64,000 nucleotides of DNA, from positions 96,001 through 160,000 of the forward strand of contig CAVOXA010000006.1 of assembly GCA_963700285.1 (NCBI GenBank), written 5' to 3'. This DNA is from an uncultured Chloroflexia bacterium (lineage in GTDB: Bacteria; Chloroflexota; Anaerolineae; JAAYZQ01). The notes under the pieces are model-generated. The model worked only from the letters and a program-made list of their open reading frames with translations. It was not told where the DNA came from and made no database searches. The position numbers and the translations under genes are program-made. This document shows, piece after piece, positions 27,969 through 39,015 of this stretch (positions are counted from its first letter, which is position 1; every line of letters starts with the position of its first letter).

Positions 27969-28958
27969 ATGACTCCACTCACCATGGCCAGCGTGCTGGC
28001 CGCCCAAAAGTTGATACAGCCCTATCTATGGCGAACGCCGCTGCTGCCCTCGGCTGCGCTGAGCAGCCTGTCCGGCACCGACGTACACCTCAAGCTGGAA
28101 TGCTGGCAGCGCACCGGCTCGTTCAAGGAACGCGGGGCGCTCTACAAGCTGGCTTCCTTGTTCCCCCAGGACCTGGCCCGCGGCGTAGTCACCGCTTCGG
28201 CCGGGAACCATGGCCTGGGCGTGGCCTACGCCTGCCAGTTGCTGGGCCTTCCTCCGGCGACGGTCTTTGTCCCCGAAACCGCTCCGGAGAGCAAGGTCAA
28301 TCGCCTAAGGACTTTCGACTGCGACCTGCGCCGCGCCGGAGCCGACTATGACACCTGCCATGCCATCGCCGATGCCTACGCGCAAGAGCAAGGCGCACTC
28401 TATCTCTCTGCCTACGATGATCCCGTGGTCATTGCGGGTCAGGGCACAGCCGGCCTGGAGCTGATCCAGGATCTGCCCGACGTGGATGCCATCCTGGTGC
28501 CCGTTGGGGGTGGAGGCCTGATCGCCGGGGTGGCCGTGGTCGCCAAGGCCGTGAATCCCAAGATCCGCGTCGTGGGCGTGCAGCCCGAAGCTTCCCCGGC
28601 CGCCTACCTGTCCTTGCGCGACGGAAGAGCCTACGAGACTTACGACGCCGGGCCCACCATCTGCGACGGCCTGGCCGGCGGCTTTGGCCGGGTTCCCTTT
28701 GAGCTTGCCGGCGACCTCATCGACGAGATCCTCGTCGTCCCCGAGGCTGATGTGCGCCGGGCGGTGGCCTGGCTCGTGGCCCAGGAGCAAATGGTCGTCG
28801 AGGGCGCAGGCGCCATCGCGGTGGCGCCCCTGCTTAGTGGCCAATTCCAGGCGCCGGGAGGACAGGTGGCCGCCGTGCTTTCCGGGCGGAATCTGGACAC
28901 AGAGGTCCTGCGCGAGATTCTGGAAGAGGCAAGCGCAGGAGAGGCTTCAAGCGGATGA
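27969..28958 (+). CDS. Threonine/serine dehydratase (PLP, no ACT domain)
   Basis: LKLECWQRTGSFKERG, ASAGNH, PVGGGGL, LSGRN. Confidence 0.92.
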   Translation: MTPLTMASVLAAQKLIQPYLWRTPLLPSAALSSLSGTDVHLKLECWQRTGSFKERGALYKLASLFPQDLARGVVTASAGNHGLGVAYACQLLGLPPATVFVPETAPESKVNRLRTFDCDLRRAGADYDTCHAIADAYAQEQGALYLSAYDDPVVIAGQGTAGLELIQDLPDVDAILVPVGGGGLIAGVAVVAKAVNPKIRVVGVQPEASPAAYLSLRDGRAYETYDAGPTICDGLAGGFGRVPFELAGDLIDEILVVPEADVRRAVAWLVAQEQMVVEGAGAIAVAPLLSGQFQAPGGQVAAVLSGRNLDTEVLREILEEASAGEASSG

Positions 28959-29779
28959 TCCGCACCATTCTCTTTGACCTGGATGATACCCTCTACCCGC
29001 CTGAAGCAGGCATCATGGGCGAGATACGGAAGAGGATCCTGAGCTTCACCATGACCCGGCTCAATCTGCCCGAGGCGGAGGCTGAGGCCCTGCGGCGCAG
29101 ATACTTTTTGGAGTATGGTACATCGATGCGTGGGCTGCAGCTCAACCACCAGATCGATCCCGACGACTTTTTGTACCATGTCCACGACATCCCCATCCAC
29201 GAGCACCTGAAACCCAATGCGGAACTCGACGCCATGCTGTCCACCATCGACCAGGACAAGGTAATCTTTACCAATGCGTCGCGCGAGCACGCCGAACGGG
29301 TCCTGGACGTGCTGGGGGTACGCCATCATTTTTCCCGCATCATTGACGTCCGGGACATGGACTATGAGAGCAAGCCCCAGCCATCCGCCTACCGGCGCAT
29401 CTGCGAGCTACTGGAGGTCCGGCCAGAAGAGTGCATGCTCGTCGAGGACAACATGCGCAACCTGCAACCGGCCAAAGCCCTGGGCATGACAACGGTTCTG
29501 GTCCTGGATGGCCAGTCGCCCCCTGACGAAACGGCGGACTATGCCCTGCGGCGAGTGGAGGAGATGGGAGCGTTGTTCACCGAGTTTGCCAGCCTCCGGC
29601 TTGGTCCGGAGGGGAGCGCTATAGGGCTTGATCTGGAGGCATCGGATCAGGCCCTGTTCTTTTGTGTGGTCAGCACACCAGGAAACAAGGAGGTTTTCAG
29701 ATGGTCGATCAGAGCAGGTTCGATGGCCAGTGGACCACAGACTGGCAAAAAGTACTCTCGACACGGGCAACCCGGATGA
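28955..29779 (+). CDS. HAD hydrolase, pyrimidine 5'-nucleotidase (SDT1-like); true 3' end may be near 29624
   Basis: FDLDDTLY, FTNA, KP, VEDN..NL.PAK.LGM; tail overlaps a terminator and the next gene. Confidence 0.88.
   Translation: MIRTILFDLDDTLYPPEAGIMGEIRKRILSFTMTRLNLPEAEAEALRRRYFLEYGTSMRGLQLNHQIDPDDFLYHVHDIPIHEHLKPNAELDAMLSTIDQDKVIFTNASREHAERVLDVLGVRHHFSRIIDVRDMDYESKPQPSAYRRICELLEVRPEECMLVEDNMRNLQPAKALGMTTVLVLDGQSPPDETADYALRRVEEMGALFTEFASLRLGPEGSAIGLDLEASDQALFFCVVSTPGNKEVFRWSIRAGSMASGPQTGKKYSRHGQPG
29623..29665 (+). terminator. Intrinsic terminator-like hairpin
   Basis: AGGGCTTGATC...GATCAGGCCCT followed by GTTCTTTT. Confidence 0.55.
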
Positions 29780-30942
29780 AGAGTTCTGCCATCCGCGAGC
29801 TGCTGAAGGTTACGATGATGCCCGACGTCATCTCCTTCGCCGGTGGCTTGCCCGCCCCCGAGGCGTTTCCCGTCCGGGACTTTCGCGACGCCTGCGAATG
29901 GGTCCTGGCTCACCATGCGCACCAAGCCCTTCAATATGGGCCCACCGAGGGCTACCCTCCCTTGAAGGACTATCTCATCGAGGCCATGGCCAAGTACGAG
30001 ATTCCAGCGGTACAGGGTAACATCCTGTTTACAAATGGCTCGCAGCAGGCACTGGATCTGCTGGGCCGAGCCTTCATCGAGGTGGGAGGCACGATCGTTA
30101 CCGGCCGCCCCACCTATTTGGGCGCCATCCAGGCCTGGGACGCCTATGGGCCGCGCTACGCTACGGTCCCGCTGGATGACCATGGCATGCGCATGGACAA
30201 GCTCGAAGAGACCTTGAGGGACAACCCGGGGGCCAAGTTCATCTATGTCATGCCGAATTTCCACAACCCGGCAGGAACCACCATGCCCCTGGAGCGGCGC
30301 CTACGTCTGGTAGAATTGGCCGCCGAGTATGGCGCTTTTATCGTCGAGGACGACCCTTACGGCGAGCTGCGTTATGAGGGCCAGGATGTCACGCCCATCT
30401 ATGCGCTGCACAAAGAGAATACCATCTATATGAGTACCTTCTCCAAGACCCTGGCGCCAGGCTTGCGATTGGGTTGGATTGTGGCGCCCGAGCGGGCCAT
30501 GACCAAGTTGATCCACGCCAAGCAGGGTATGGACCTTCATACCAGCAGTCTGATCCAGTACCTGGTCTATGATATCTGCCAGCGGGGCCTGTTGCGGGCC
30601 CACGTGCGCACGATACGCAAGCTTTACCGGGAGCGCCGGGACCTGATGCTGCAATGCATGGAGGAGCATCTTCCACCCGAAGCCAGATGGACGCGCCCGC
30701 AAGGCGGCCTGTTTCTTTGGGCGCGACTGCCGGACTATATGAACACGCAGGAACTGCTCAAGTTTGCCATTGAGGAGAAGGTCGCCTTTGTCCCTGGCTA
30801 CGCTTTCTATCCAGGCGGCGCCGACGGGCATTGCTGCATGCGTCTCAATTTCTCCAACGCCAGGCCAGAGATGATAGAAGAAGGAATCAAGAGGCTGGGG
30901 CGCGCGATTCGGCGGTACGCGGCCGTGGAGAGGGAAGGCTAG
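29701..30942 (+). CDS. PLP-dependent aminotransferase class I (LysN/Aro8-like)
   Basis: SAIRELLK, ISFAGGLP, EDDPYGEL, STFSKTLAPGLRLGW, MRLNFS. Confidence 0.93.
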   Translation: MVDQSRFDGQWTTDWQKVLSTRATRMKSSAIRELLKVTMMPDVISFAGGLPAPEAFPVRDFRDACEWVLAHHAHQALQYGPTEGYPPLKDYLIEAMAKYEIPAVQGNILFTNGSQQALDLLGRAFIEVGGTIVTGRPTYLGAIQAWDAYGPRYATVPLDDHGMRMDKLEETLRDNPGAKFIYVMPNFHNPAGTTMPLERRLRLVELAAEYGAFIVEDDPYGELRYEGQDVTPIYALHKENTIYMSTFSKTLAPGLRLGWIVAPERAMTKLIHAKQGMDLHTSSLIQYLVYDICQRGLLRAHVRTIRKLYRERRDLMLQCMEEHLPPEARWTRPQGGLFLWARLPDYMNTQELLKFAIEEKVAFVPGYAFYPGGADGHCCMRLNFSNARPEMIEEGIKRLGRAIRRYAAVEREG

Positions 30943-30955
30943 ACGACCAAAGCCC

Positions 30956-31031
30956 GAGCTACAGCGTGAGCCGCGCGGAAAGCGGCGAAACCCTGGCCAC
31001 GGGCTGGACCAAGCACCTGTGCGTTGACAGG
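30956..31031 (+). pseudogene. Orphan fragment of a YbgC/FadM-type acyl-CoA thioesterase
   Basis: Translates SYSVSRAESGETLATGWTKHLCVDR, resembling the 4HBT C-terminal strands; no start or N-terminal half. Confidence 0.5.
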
Positions 31032-31070
31032 TATTTCCTGGGGGTTACGTCAAGCATTCCCCAGACTCAC

Positions 31071-31099
31071 TTGACAAAAAGAAAACACTCCTGTATACT
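31071..31099 (+). promoter_or_regulatory. Sigma70 promoter for fadD
   Basis: TTGACA-17-TATACT. Confidence 0.75.
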
Positions 31100-31175
31100 G
31101 GTGCGTGGGCAGCCGCGCAGCACGTGCATCCGCCACGTTGCGGGCGAACCAGGTATTCACCGGAGGAGGAGAGCG

Positions 31176-32921
31176 ATGAAAAAGCCCTGGTTAAAAGAGT
31201 ACGATACTGGCGTGCCGGCCACCATCAATTACCCGGACGTGCCCCTCCAGCAGTTCCTGCTCGATACGGCCGCCAAACACCCGGACAAGACGGCAACGAT
31301 TTTCGGCGCCGTCGTGGAACCTCTCGGCAACGCGTTGATGGATACCGCCCTCTCCTACGCCCAACTCCTGGCTCTGACCCAGCAGTTTGCGGCGGCCCTG
31401 CAAGCGCTGGGCGTCGGCAAGGGCGACAGGGTGGCCGTTCACCTGCCCAACTGCCCCCAGTTCATCATCGCCTACTATGCCACGCTCATGACCGGCGGCA
31501 TCGTGGTGCCCTGCAACCCCCAGTACGTGGCCCGCGAGATCCGGCACCAGCTCGTCGATTCGGGGGCCAAGGTGGCCGTCACCCTGAGCCTGACCTATCC
31601 CCTGGTCAAGCAGGTGCGGGCCGACACCCAGTTGGAGCACGTCGTGGTCGCCAACATCAAGGAGTACTTTCCCGGGGCGCTCAAGTTCTTGTTTGGGGTC
31701 GCCAAGGAAAAGAAGGAGGGCCACTACCAGGACATCTCGGGCGACCCTGCGACCTACTGGTTCCAGGATCTGCTGGCCCAGGCACCGGCCCAACCAGAAC
31801 CGGTGGAGATTAACCCGGACGACACCGGCGTCCTGATGTACACCGGTGGTACGACGGGTGTTTCCAAGGGGGCCCAGCTCACCCACCGCAACCTGGTGGC
31901 CAACGCCATCCAGGCCCGGTGGTGGATGTTCGACTCCAAGGAGGGACAAGAGGTCATGATGACCGCCCTACCCCTCTACCACAGCTATGCCATGACCGTG
32001 TGCATGAACCATACCATCTATCTGGGCGGCAGCATGATCTTGATCCCGAATCCGCGGGTGATGGACCACGTCCTCAAATCGATCAACAAGCACAAACCCA
32101 CCCTCTATCCCGGTGTTCCGGCCATGTACGTGGCGGTTACCAACCATCCAGATGTGAGCAAGTACGATGTATCCTCCATCCGGGCCTGTCTCAGCGGCGC
32201 CGCCGGGCTGCCTCCCGAAGTGCAGGAAGCCTTCGAACGGCTCACGGGCGCCAAGCTGGTCGAGGGCTATGGCCTGAGCGAGGCGACTCCCGTCACCCAC
32301 TGCAACCCCATCTATGGCAAGCGCAAGGCGGGCAGTTGGATCGGCTTACCGTTCCCTGACACAGAGGCGGCCATCATGGACCTGGACACCGGGACACAGG
32401 AACTTGAAGCCGGCGAGATCGGGGAATTGTGCATCCGTGGCCCGCAAGTGATGAAGGGCTACTGGGGCATGCCCACCGAGACCGCCAACTCGCTGCTGGA
32501 TGGCTGGCTGCACACGGGCGATATCGCCCGCATGGACACCGACGGATTCTTTCAGATCGTCGATCGCAAGAAGGACATGATCCTTGGCTCGGGAGGCTTT
32601 AACATCTATCCCCGCGAGGTCGAGGACGTGCTCTACGAGCACCCCAAGGTCCTGGAGGCAGCCGTGGCTGGCGTTCCGGTCGCCGCGGAGCAGGGCGAAC
32701 GCGTTAAGGCCTACATCGTGCTCAAGCCCGGGGAAAGCGCCACTGAGGACGAGATCATTGCCTACTGCCGCGAGAATCTGGCTTACTACAAAGTGCCCAA
32801 ATTTGTCGAGTTCCGCGATGACCTGCCCAAGACGATGGTGGGCAAGATCCTGCGGCGCGTCCTGGTGGAGAATGAGGTAAAACAGGCCGAGCAGAGCGAT
32901 CCCGACCGACAAGATGCGTGA
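31176..32921 (+). CDS. fadD: Long-chain fatty acid-CoA ligase
   Basis: YTGGTTGVSKG, EGYGLSE, GWLHTGD, DRKKDMI, PKTMVGKILRR; ATG after GGAGGAGG. Confidence 0.93.
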   Translation: MKKPWLKEYDTGVPATINYPDVPLQQFLLDTAAKHPDKTATIFGAVVEPLGNALMDTALSYAQLLALTQQFAAALQALGVGKGDRVAVHLPNCPQFIIAYYATLMTGGIVVPCNPQYVAREIRHQLVDSGAKVAVTLSLTYPLVKQVRADTQLEHVVVANIKEYFPGALKFLFGVAKEKKEGHYQDISGDPATYWFQDLLAQAPAQPEPVEINPDDTGVLMYTGGTTGVSKGAQLTHRNLVANAIQARWWMFDSKEGQEVMMTALPLYHSYAMTVCMNHTIYLGGSMILIPNPRVMDHVLKSINKHKPTLYPGVPAMYVAVTNHPDVSKYDVSSIRACLSGAAGLPPEVQEAFERLTGAKLVEGYGLSEATPVTHCNPIYGKRKAGSWIGLPFPDTEAAIMDLDTGTQELEAGEIGELCIRGPQVMKGYWGMPTETANSLLDGWLHTGDIARMDTDGFFQIVDRKKDMILGSGGFNIYPREVEDVLYEHPKVLEAAVAGVPVAAEQGERVKAYIVLKPGESATEDEIIAYCRENLAYYKVPKFVEFRDDLPKTMVGKILRRVLVENEVKQAEQSDPDRQDA

Positions 32922-33048
32922 CAGGTTCTCTGCGATTGTACAGTCGGGAGGCTACTCTGTCTATCGGGACATGCGCGCAGAGCGAAATCTGGCAGAACCT
33001 GTCCGGTCTGGCCACGTTTAGGAATGCGTCAAGGTCAATTTTGGCAAT

Positions 33049-33077
33049 TTGACAAATTGCGCGCTCTCTTGTATAAT
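33049..33077 (+). promoter_or_regulatory. Consensus sigma70 promoter for the liv operon
   Basis: TTGACA-17-TATAAT. Confidence 0.85.
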
Positions 33078-33253
33078 CCAAGACTGTTCGCTGTCCAGAA
33101 CAATCAGATCCGTGTTCAGAATAGTCAGTGGTAAGACTCTGATCCAGGCTTGTTCATGTAGATTCAGAAGGAGGTATGCCTATAAACTTGGCCTTTCGAC
33201 GGTATGTTCCAAGATCGCAGAATACAAACAAAATTGAGGGAGGAGACTCAAAG

Positions 33254-34462
33254 ATGAAAAGGACATTTGCCATCCTTACCGTTCTGCTGCTGCTGAGCAC
33301 AGTGCTGGCAGCCTGCGACATCGGCGGATCAAAGTACGAGTGCACCGATCCCTTGGGCTGTGTCACCTACGCCAAGGACGAGCCGATCCGCATCGCCAGC
33401 TCGCTGGTCATTAGCGGGCCCAATACCGAACTGGGCATGGACTCCCAGCATGGCGTCGACATCGCCGGCGAATTCCGCGGCGAGGTTGCTCGGCCATACG
33501 GTCGAATTCCAGCACGAGGACGACCTCTGCAGCGCAGAGGGTGGGCAGACCTCGGCGCAAAAGATCGTTTCCGACCCCACCATCGTGGGCATGATCGGCA
33601 CAAGCTGCTCCGGCGCCGGCGTGCCTGCCGCCAAGATCATCTCTGACGCTGGCATGGTGATGATCTCACCATCCAACACATCCCCAGCCCTGACCGATCC
33701 GGCACAGCACCAGGCAGGGTACCTGCGCACGGCCCACAACGATACCGTGCAGGGTGCGGCCATGGCCAAGTTCGCCCTGGAGGAATTGGGTGTAACCAAA
33801 GCCGCCGCCATCCACGACGGCGACCCCTACACCGAGGGCCTGGCCACCGTGTTCGCCGACTCGTTCAAAGAGATGGGCGGCGAGATCGTAGCCTTTGAGG
33901 CCGTCGGCAAGGGCGACACCGACATGCGCCCCGCGCTCAAGAGCGTGGCCGAGGCCGGCCCGCCCGAGTTCATCTACTACCCCATCTTTATCGCCGAGGG
34001 TGCAGCCATCACCACCCAGGCCCGTGAAGTTGCCGGCCTGGAAGAACGCCATTCTCTCCGGTGCCGACGGCATCCAGTCGCCCTCCTTCCTGGAGGCCGC
34101 TGGAGAGGCCGTCCGAGGGCATGTACGTCTCCGGCCCGGACCTGAGCTTCTCCAACGCGCTGTACCAGGACTTTCTGGCCACGTACCAGGAGAACTATGG
34201 CACCGCGCCCACGGCCCCCTTCCACGCCCACGCCTTTGATGCCACCAACATGATCCTTGATGCCATCGAAAAGGTCGCCGTGGTCGAGGACAATGGCACG
34301 ATCCATATCCCGCGGCAGGCTCTGCGCGACGCCCTCTTTGCCACCTCAGGGATGGAAGGCATCACCGGCACCATCACCTGTGATGAGAACGGCGACTGCG
34401 CAGACCCCAAGATCGCGGTTAGCCAGGTCGAGAACGCCGAGTTTGTGAGGATTTGGCCCTAG
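33254..34462 (+). CDS. livK: Branched-chain amino acid ABC substrate-binding lipoprotein (frameshifted in this sequence)
   Basis: Lipobox LAAC; GTSCSGA, ISPSNTSPALT, LRTAHND..QG, HAFDA, GITGTITCDENGD over three frames. Confidence 0.88.
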
Positions 34463-34544
34463 CGCCTTGCGGTAACTGTGACGCAGGCGTCTCGCTAAAC
34501 AACTGTTAGACCCAGACGTCTCGCGGATCAACACAAACGGAATA

Positions 34545-34568
34545 GGCCCGGGGCGTACGCCCCGGGCC
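34545..34568. terminator. Perfect 24-bp palindrome after livK (terminator or mRNA stabiliser)
   Basis: GGCCCGGGGCGTACGCCCCGGGCC. Confidence 0.5.
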
Positions 34569-34599
34569 CATCGTCCGAAACCCCAGCCTGGAGAATGCT

Positions 34600-35675
34600 A
34601 TGCGAGCAACGCTTGAGGGACATCGACTGGATAGGCGCTCGTTCTGTGGGTCTTTAGGGCCGTCATCATCATCGCCATGATCTGGGGCGCGGCAGCCACC
34701 ATCCTCAGACAAGGAAAACCCCCTATCCCTGAACGAGTTCCTGGGTTATCTGGTGGACGGCATCTCACAGGGCAGCCTCTACGCCCTGATCGCCCTGGGC
34801 TACACCCTGGTCTACGGCGTCCTGTTCATGATCAACTTTGCCCATGGCGAGTTCTTTATGTCGGGAGCCATGACGGCGACCATCTTTGTGGCCATCCCCC
34901 TGAGCGAATCCGGCTTTCTGGACGCGTATCCCGTCCCGGGACTGCATCATCTGCGGTCTGGTGGCGGCGGTCATCTCGGTTGGCGTCGCCCTCCTGACGG
35001 AGCGTATCGCCTACCGGCCGCTGCGCAAGGCGCCCCGCCTCATCCCCCTGATCACGGCCATCGGCGCATCTTTCTTCTGGCAGTACTTTTTCCGGGGCCT
35101 GTATGGCGGTCAGATCGTGGCCTTTCCCCGAGATCGAGCCCCTGACCGGGTCTGGTCCAGGTTCTTTGGCATCGAGATCCTCAAGAAACAGATCGTCGTC
35201 ATCGGCGCCGCAGCCATCTTGCTGCTCGGCCTCAATTACTTTGTGTACCGTACCAAGACAGGCAAGTCCATGCGGGCTGTCGCCGAGGACAAGGACGTCG
35301 CCGCCCTGATGGGCATCGACGTCGATCGGGTGATCACCATCACCTTTGCCGTAGGCGCGGCCATGGCCGGGGCAGCCGGAGTCCTATACGGCCTGCTCTT
35401 TCGCCAGACGCACTTTTTCATGGGTTTTATCCCCGGGATCAAGGCCTTCACCGCCGCCGTTCTGGGCGGCATCGGCAGCGTACCTGGGGCGGCCCTGGGC
35501 GGCCTGCTCCTGGGCATCTTTGAGTCGGTGGGCCCGCGGCTCGTACTACAGGGCCTGGGCATCCCGGCCAGTCTACCAGCTCCGGGACGTCATCGCCTTC
35601 CTCATGCTGGTCCTGGTGCTCATCTTCCGGCCGCAGGGCATCCTGGGCGAGCGTCTGACCGAGAAGAAAGCGTGA
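34600..35675 (+). CDS. livH: Branched-chain amino acid ABC permease (frameshifted)
   Basis: YALIALGYTLVYGVL..INFAHGE, GKSMRAVAED, KAFTAAVLGGIGS, RPQGILGE. Confidence 0.88.
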
Positions 35676-35687
35676 GGAGGAGGAGCC

Positions 35688-37426
35688 ATGTTTGAATCCA
35701 CTCGTTTCGACTGGGGTCATCCCATCCGCTTCGGCCTCATCTCCGGCATCATCGCCCTGAGCCTCAGCGCCATCGGCATGGTCGAGGCCTTTGGCACCCG
35801 GGATCTGATCACCAACGTGCTGAGCCTGGGCTACGTGCTGCTCTTTGCAGCACCGGCCGGTGCCGGCTACCTCTCGGCCCAGGCCAATGAAGGCGGTCGC
35901 AAGTGGCAACTGGTTGCCGGTGGTCTCATCGCCGGGCTGATCTCCGCCATCCCCCTCATCGGCCTGATCATCCTGGCCAGCCAGGTGAACCTCCGCGAGC
36001 TGGGGCTGGTCAACATTTCCCCGGCTCTCATTGAGATGCTGACCTTCGACCTGGGCCTTGCCGCCGGCTCTCTGGTACTGGCCGTGTTGATGGGTCTGGT
36101 GGGCATGGCAGGCGCGGCGATAGAGATCATGCCCGGCCGCATCCGCCGCCCGGTCCTGATTGCCCTGCTGATGGTCTTTGCCGTGGGCATGTTCTCCGAG
36201 ATCGTCATCCGCGTCATGCGCAAGCTCGTTGGTGTTGGCTTTGCCAACCTCTTTTTCAGCGGCAAGGCACTCAAGCTTTGGTCCGCAATCGTCCTCTTTG
36301 TCCTGACCATCGTCTTTGTGATCTGGTGGGATGCGCGCAGTGCCAAAAGACAGAAACGAGTCAGCACACGCACCCCTGTTCAGCAGAAGCGGGCCCGAAC
36401 CATCGCCCTCGTTGGCGGTGTCATCCTAATGCTGGCCCTGCCGATCTTTATGGACCCCTATCTGGCCGAAGTGGTCGACCAGGTGGGCCTCTATGTCCTC
36501 ATGGGCCTGGGTCTGAACATCGTGGTCGGTTTTGCCGGCCTGCTGGACCTGGGCTACGTGGCCTTTTTCGCCATCGGCGCCTATACCATGGGCGTGCTCA
36601 CCTCCGACAGCGCCCTGGGCATCGGCGGCATGTCCTTTTGGGTGGCGCTGCCTCTCTGCGTCGGCGCGGCAGCAGTGGCCGGCCTCCTCCTGGGTGTCCC
36701 TGTATTGCGGATGCGCGGTGATTATCTGGCCATCGTGACGCTGGGCTTTGGCGAGATCATCCGTATCCTGGTTCTGTCCGACGTGGCCAAACCCGTGCTC
36801 GGCGGCGCCCAGGGCATCCTGCTGATCCCCAAACCCAAGCATCTGGGGATTTGAACTGGTGGGACCTAGCAGAGTTCTACTATCTCATTGTCGCTGGCTG
36901 TCTGCTGGCCGCCTTTGTGTCGTGGCGCCTGCGCGACGCGCGGCTCGGCCGCCAATGGATGGCCATGCGCGAGGACGAGGACGTGGCCGAGGCGGTGGGC
37001 ATCAAGCTGGTCAACACCAAGCTGCTGGCCTTTGCTATTGGCGCCGCCTTTTCCGGGCTGTCGGGCGCCATCTTTGCCACCCGCTTGAGCTCCATCTTTC
37101 CCCACAGCTTCAACCTGCTGGTCTCCATCAACGTGCTCTGTCTCATCATCGTCGGCGGCATGGGCAGCCTGCCCGGCGTGGTCGTAGGCGCCCTGGTGCT
37201 GGTGGGCATGCCCGAACTACTGCGCGAGTTCGCCGAGTACCGGCTCATGATCTATGGCGCGCTGCTCATCGTCATGATGCTCGTCCGCCCGGAAGGACTC
37301 TGGCCCTCGCCCGATCCGCAAGCGCGAGCTTCACGCCCACGAGGAGCACTCGAGGGACCTGGCATAGCTATCCGGCTGCCGGACGCTGATGTTCAGACCC
37401 AGCAACATCCCATCGTGAGGGTATGA
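35688..37426 (+). CDS. livM: Branched-chain amino acid ABC permease with N-terminal TM extension (frameshifted)
   Basis: GLNIVVGFAGLLDLGYVAFFAIGAY, RGDYLAIVTLGFGEI, AMREDEDVAEAVGI. Confidence 0.88.
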
Positions 37427-37429
37427 CAA

Positions 37430-38220
37430 ATGGCTGAGACTCCAAACTCGATCATCCTGGATGCCCAAAGTGTCACAAAGCGCTTCGGCGGCTTGACGGC
37501 GGTCAGCCAGTTCGACGTACGAACTGAACGAGGGTACGATTGCCAGCATCATCGGCCCCAACGGTGCGGGAAAGACGACCTTTTTCAACTGCGTCACCGG
37601 TTTCTACCAGCAATGACGAGGGGACCATCACTTTCAACGACCACGTGATCAACGGGCCGGTCGCCGGACCAGATCACGCGCACCGGCATTGCCCGCACCT
37701 ACCAGAACATCCGCCTCTTTTCCAACATGACGGCCATGGAGAACATCCTGGTGGGCATGGAACCACAGCTCAAGGCCGGGTGGCTGGGCGCCATCTTTGG
37801 TACACGGCGTACTCGAAAAGAGGAGGCCGAGGCGGTACAGGAAGCCGACAAGGTGCTCGATTTGTTGGCCTCCGGGGCCAGGGCGACCTCCTGGCCAAGA
37901 ACCTGCCCTACGGCGCCCAACGCCGGCTGGAGATCGGCCGGGCCCTGGCCGGAAAGCCCAAGCTGCTCTTGCTGGACGAGCCGACGGCGGGCATGAACCC
38001 CTCGGAGACAGTGGAGGTCATTGGCTTTATCCGCCATTTGCGCGACGAGCTGGGCATCACCATCCTGCTGATCGAGCATGATATGCGCGTGGTCATGAGT
38101 ATCTCGGAGCAGGTGACGGTCCTGGACTATGGTGAAAAGATCGCCGAAGGAACACCGGCCGAGATCCAAAGCAACCCGAGGGTGATCGAAGCCTATCTGG
38201 GAAGGGGGGCTGCGGACTAA
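37430..38220 (+). CDS. livG: Branched-chain amino acid ABC ATPase (frameshifted)
   Basis: [49 protein letters not shown]. Confidence 0.88.
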
Positions 38221-38221
38221 T

Positions 38222-38936
38222 ATGGCACTGCTCGAAGTCAACGACATCCACACCTATTATGGCGCCATCCACGCCCTAAAGGGCATCTCGATCCAGGTCG
38301 ACGAAGGCGAGATTGTGACCCTCATCGGCGCCAACGGCGCCGGCAAGAGTACCACGCTGAATACCATTTGCGGCATCCTGCGCCCGCGGCAAGGCAGCAT
38401 CTACCTGGAGGGCGAGGCCATCAACGAGCTGCGCGCCCACGAAATCGTCCTGCGCGGCGTGTCCCAGTCCCCAGAGGGTCGCCGGGTCTTTAGCCGGCTG
38501 ACGGTGACCGAGAATCTGGAGATGGGCGCCTTTGCCAGGAAGGATAAGGACGGCGTGAAGGCCAGTATGGAGCGGGTCTTTACGCTCTTTCCCCGGCTGA
38601 AGGAGCGGCACAAACAGGTGTCCGGTACCCTGTCTGGCGGCGAGCAGCAGATGCTGTCCATCGGCCGGGCCATAATGGCCAATCCGCGCCTGCTCCTCCT
38701 GGACGAACCCTCTATGGGGCTGGCGCCGATCCTGGTCGAGGCGATTTTCGACACCGTACGCGAGATCAACGAACAGGGCACCACCATCCTGCTCGTCGAG
38801 CAGAACGCGCTGATGGCTTTCTCGGTAGCACAGCCGGGGTTATGTCATGCAAACTGGAGAGATCGTCCTGCACGACACGGCCGAGGCGCTGCAGGAGAAC
38901 GAAATGGTGCGCAAGGCCTACCTGGGCGGAGAATAG
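38222..38936 (+). CDS. livF: Branched-chain amino acid ABC ATPase (frameshift near 3' end)
   Basis: GANGAGKST, PEGRRVF, LSGGEQQM, VEQNA; natural end VRKAYLGGE* at 38936. Confidence 0.9.
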
Positions 38937-38973
38937 GACTGGGGGCAGCCAGCCAGGACAACACGACAGAACA

Positions 38974-39005
38974 GGAGGCGGCTCTTGGAGCCGCCTCTCT
39001 CCTTT
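38974..39005 (+). terminator. Terminator-like hairpin after livF
   Basis: GAGGCGGCTC TTG GAGCCGCCTC then pyrimidine tract. Confidence 0.6.
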
Positions 39006-39015
39006 GCAGCCAACC

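Noticed and set aside
30831-31175. N-terminal extension of FadD (696-aa ORF)
   Set aside because: Overlaps the aminotransferase and spans the fadD promoter; the RBS supports ATG 31176
33176-33253. Leader peptide, T-box or riboswitch upstream of livK
   Set aside because: The upstream ATG is in frame with livK with zero RBS spacing and no Leu/Ile/Val run; no T-box or riboswitch consensus recognised
33254-38936. liv operon and downstream genes as true pseudogenes
   Set aside because: Breaks look like single-base indels with motifs intact, which fits consensus error better
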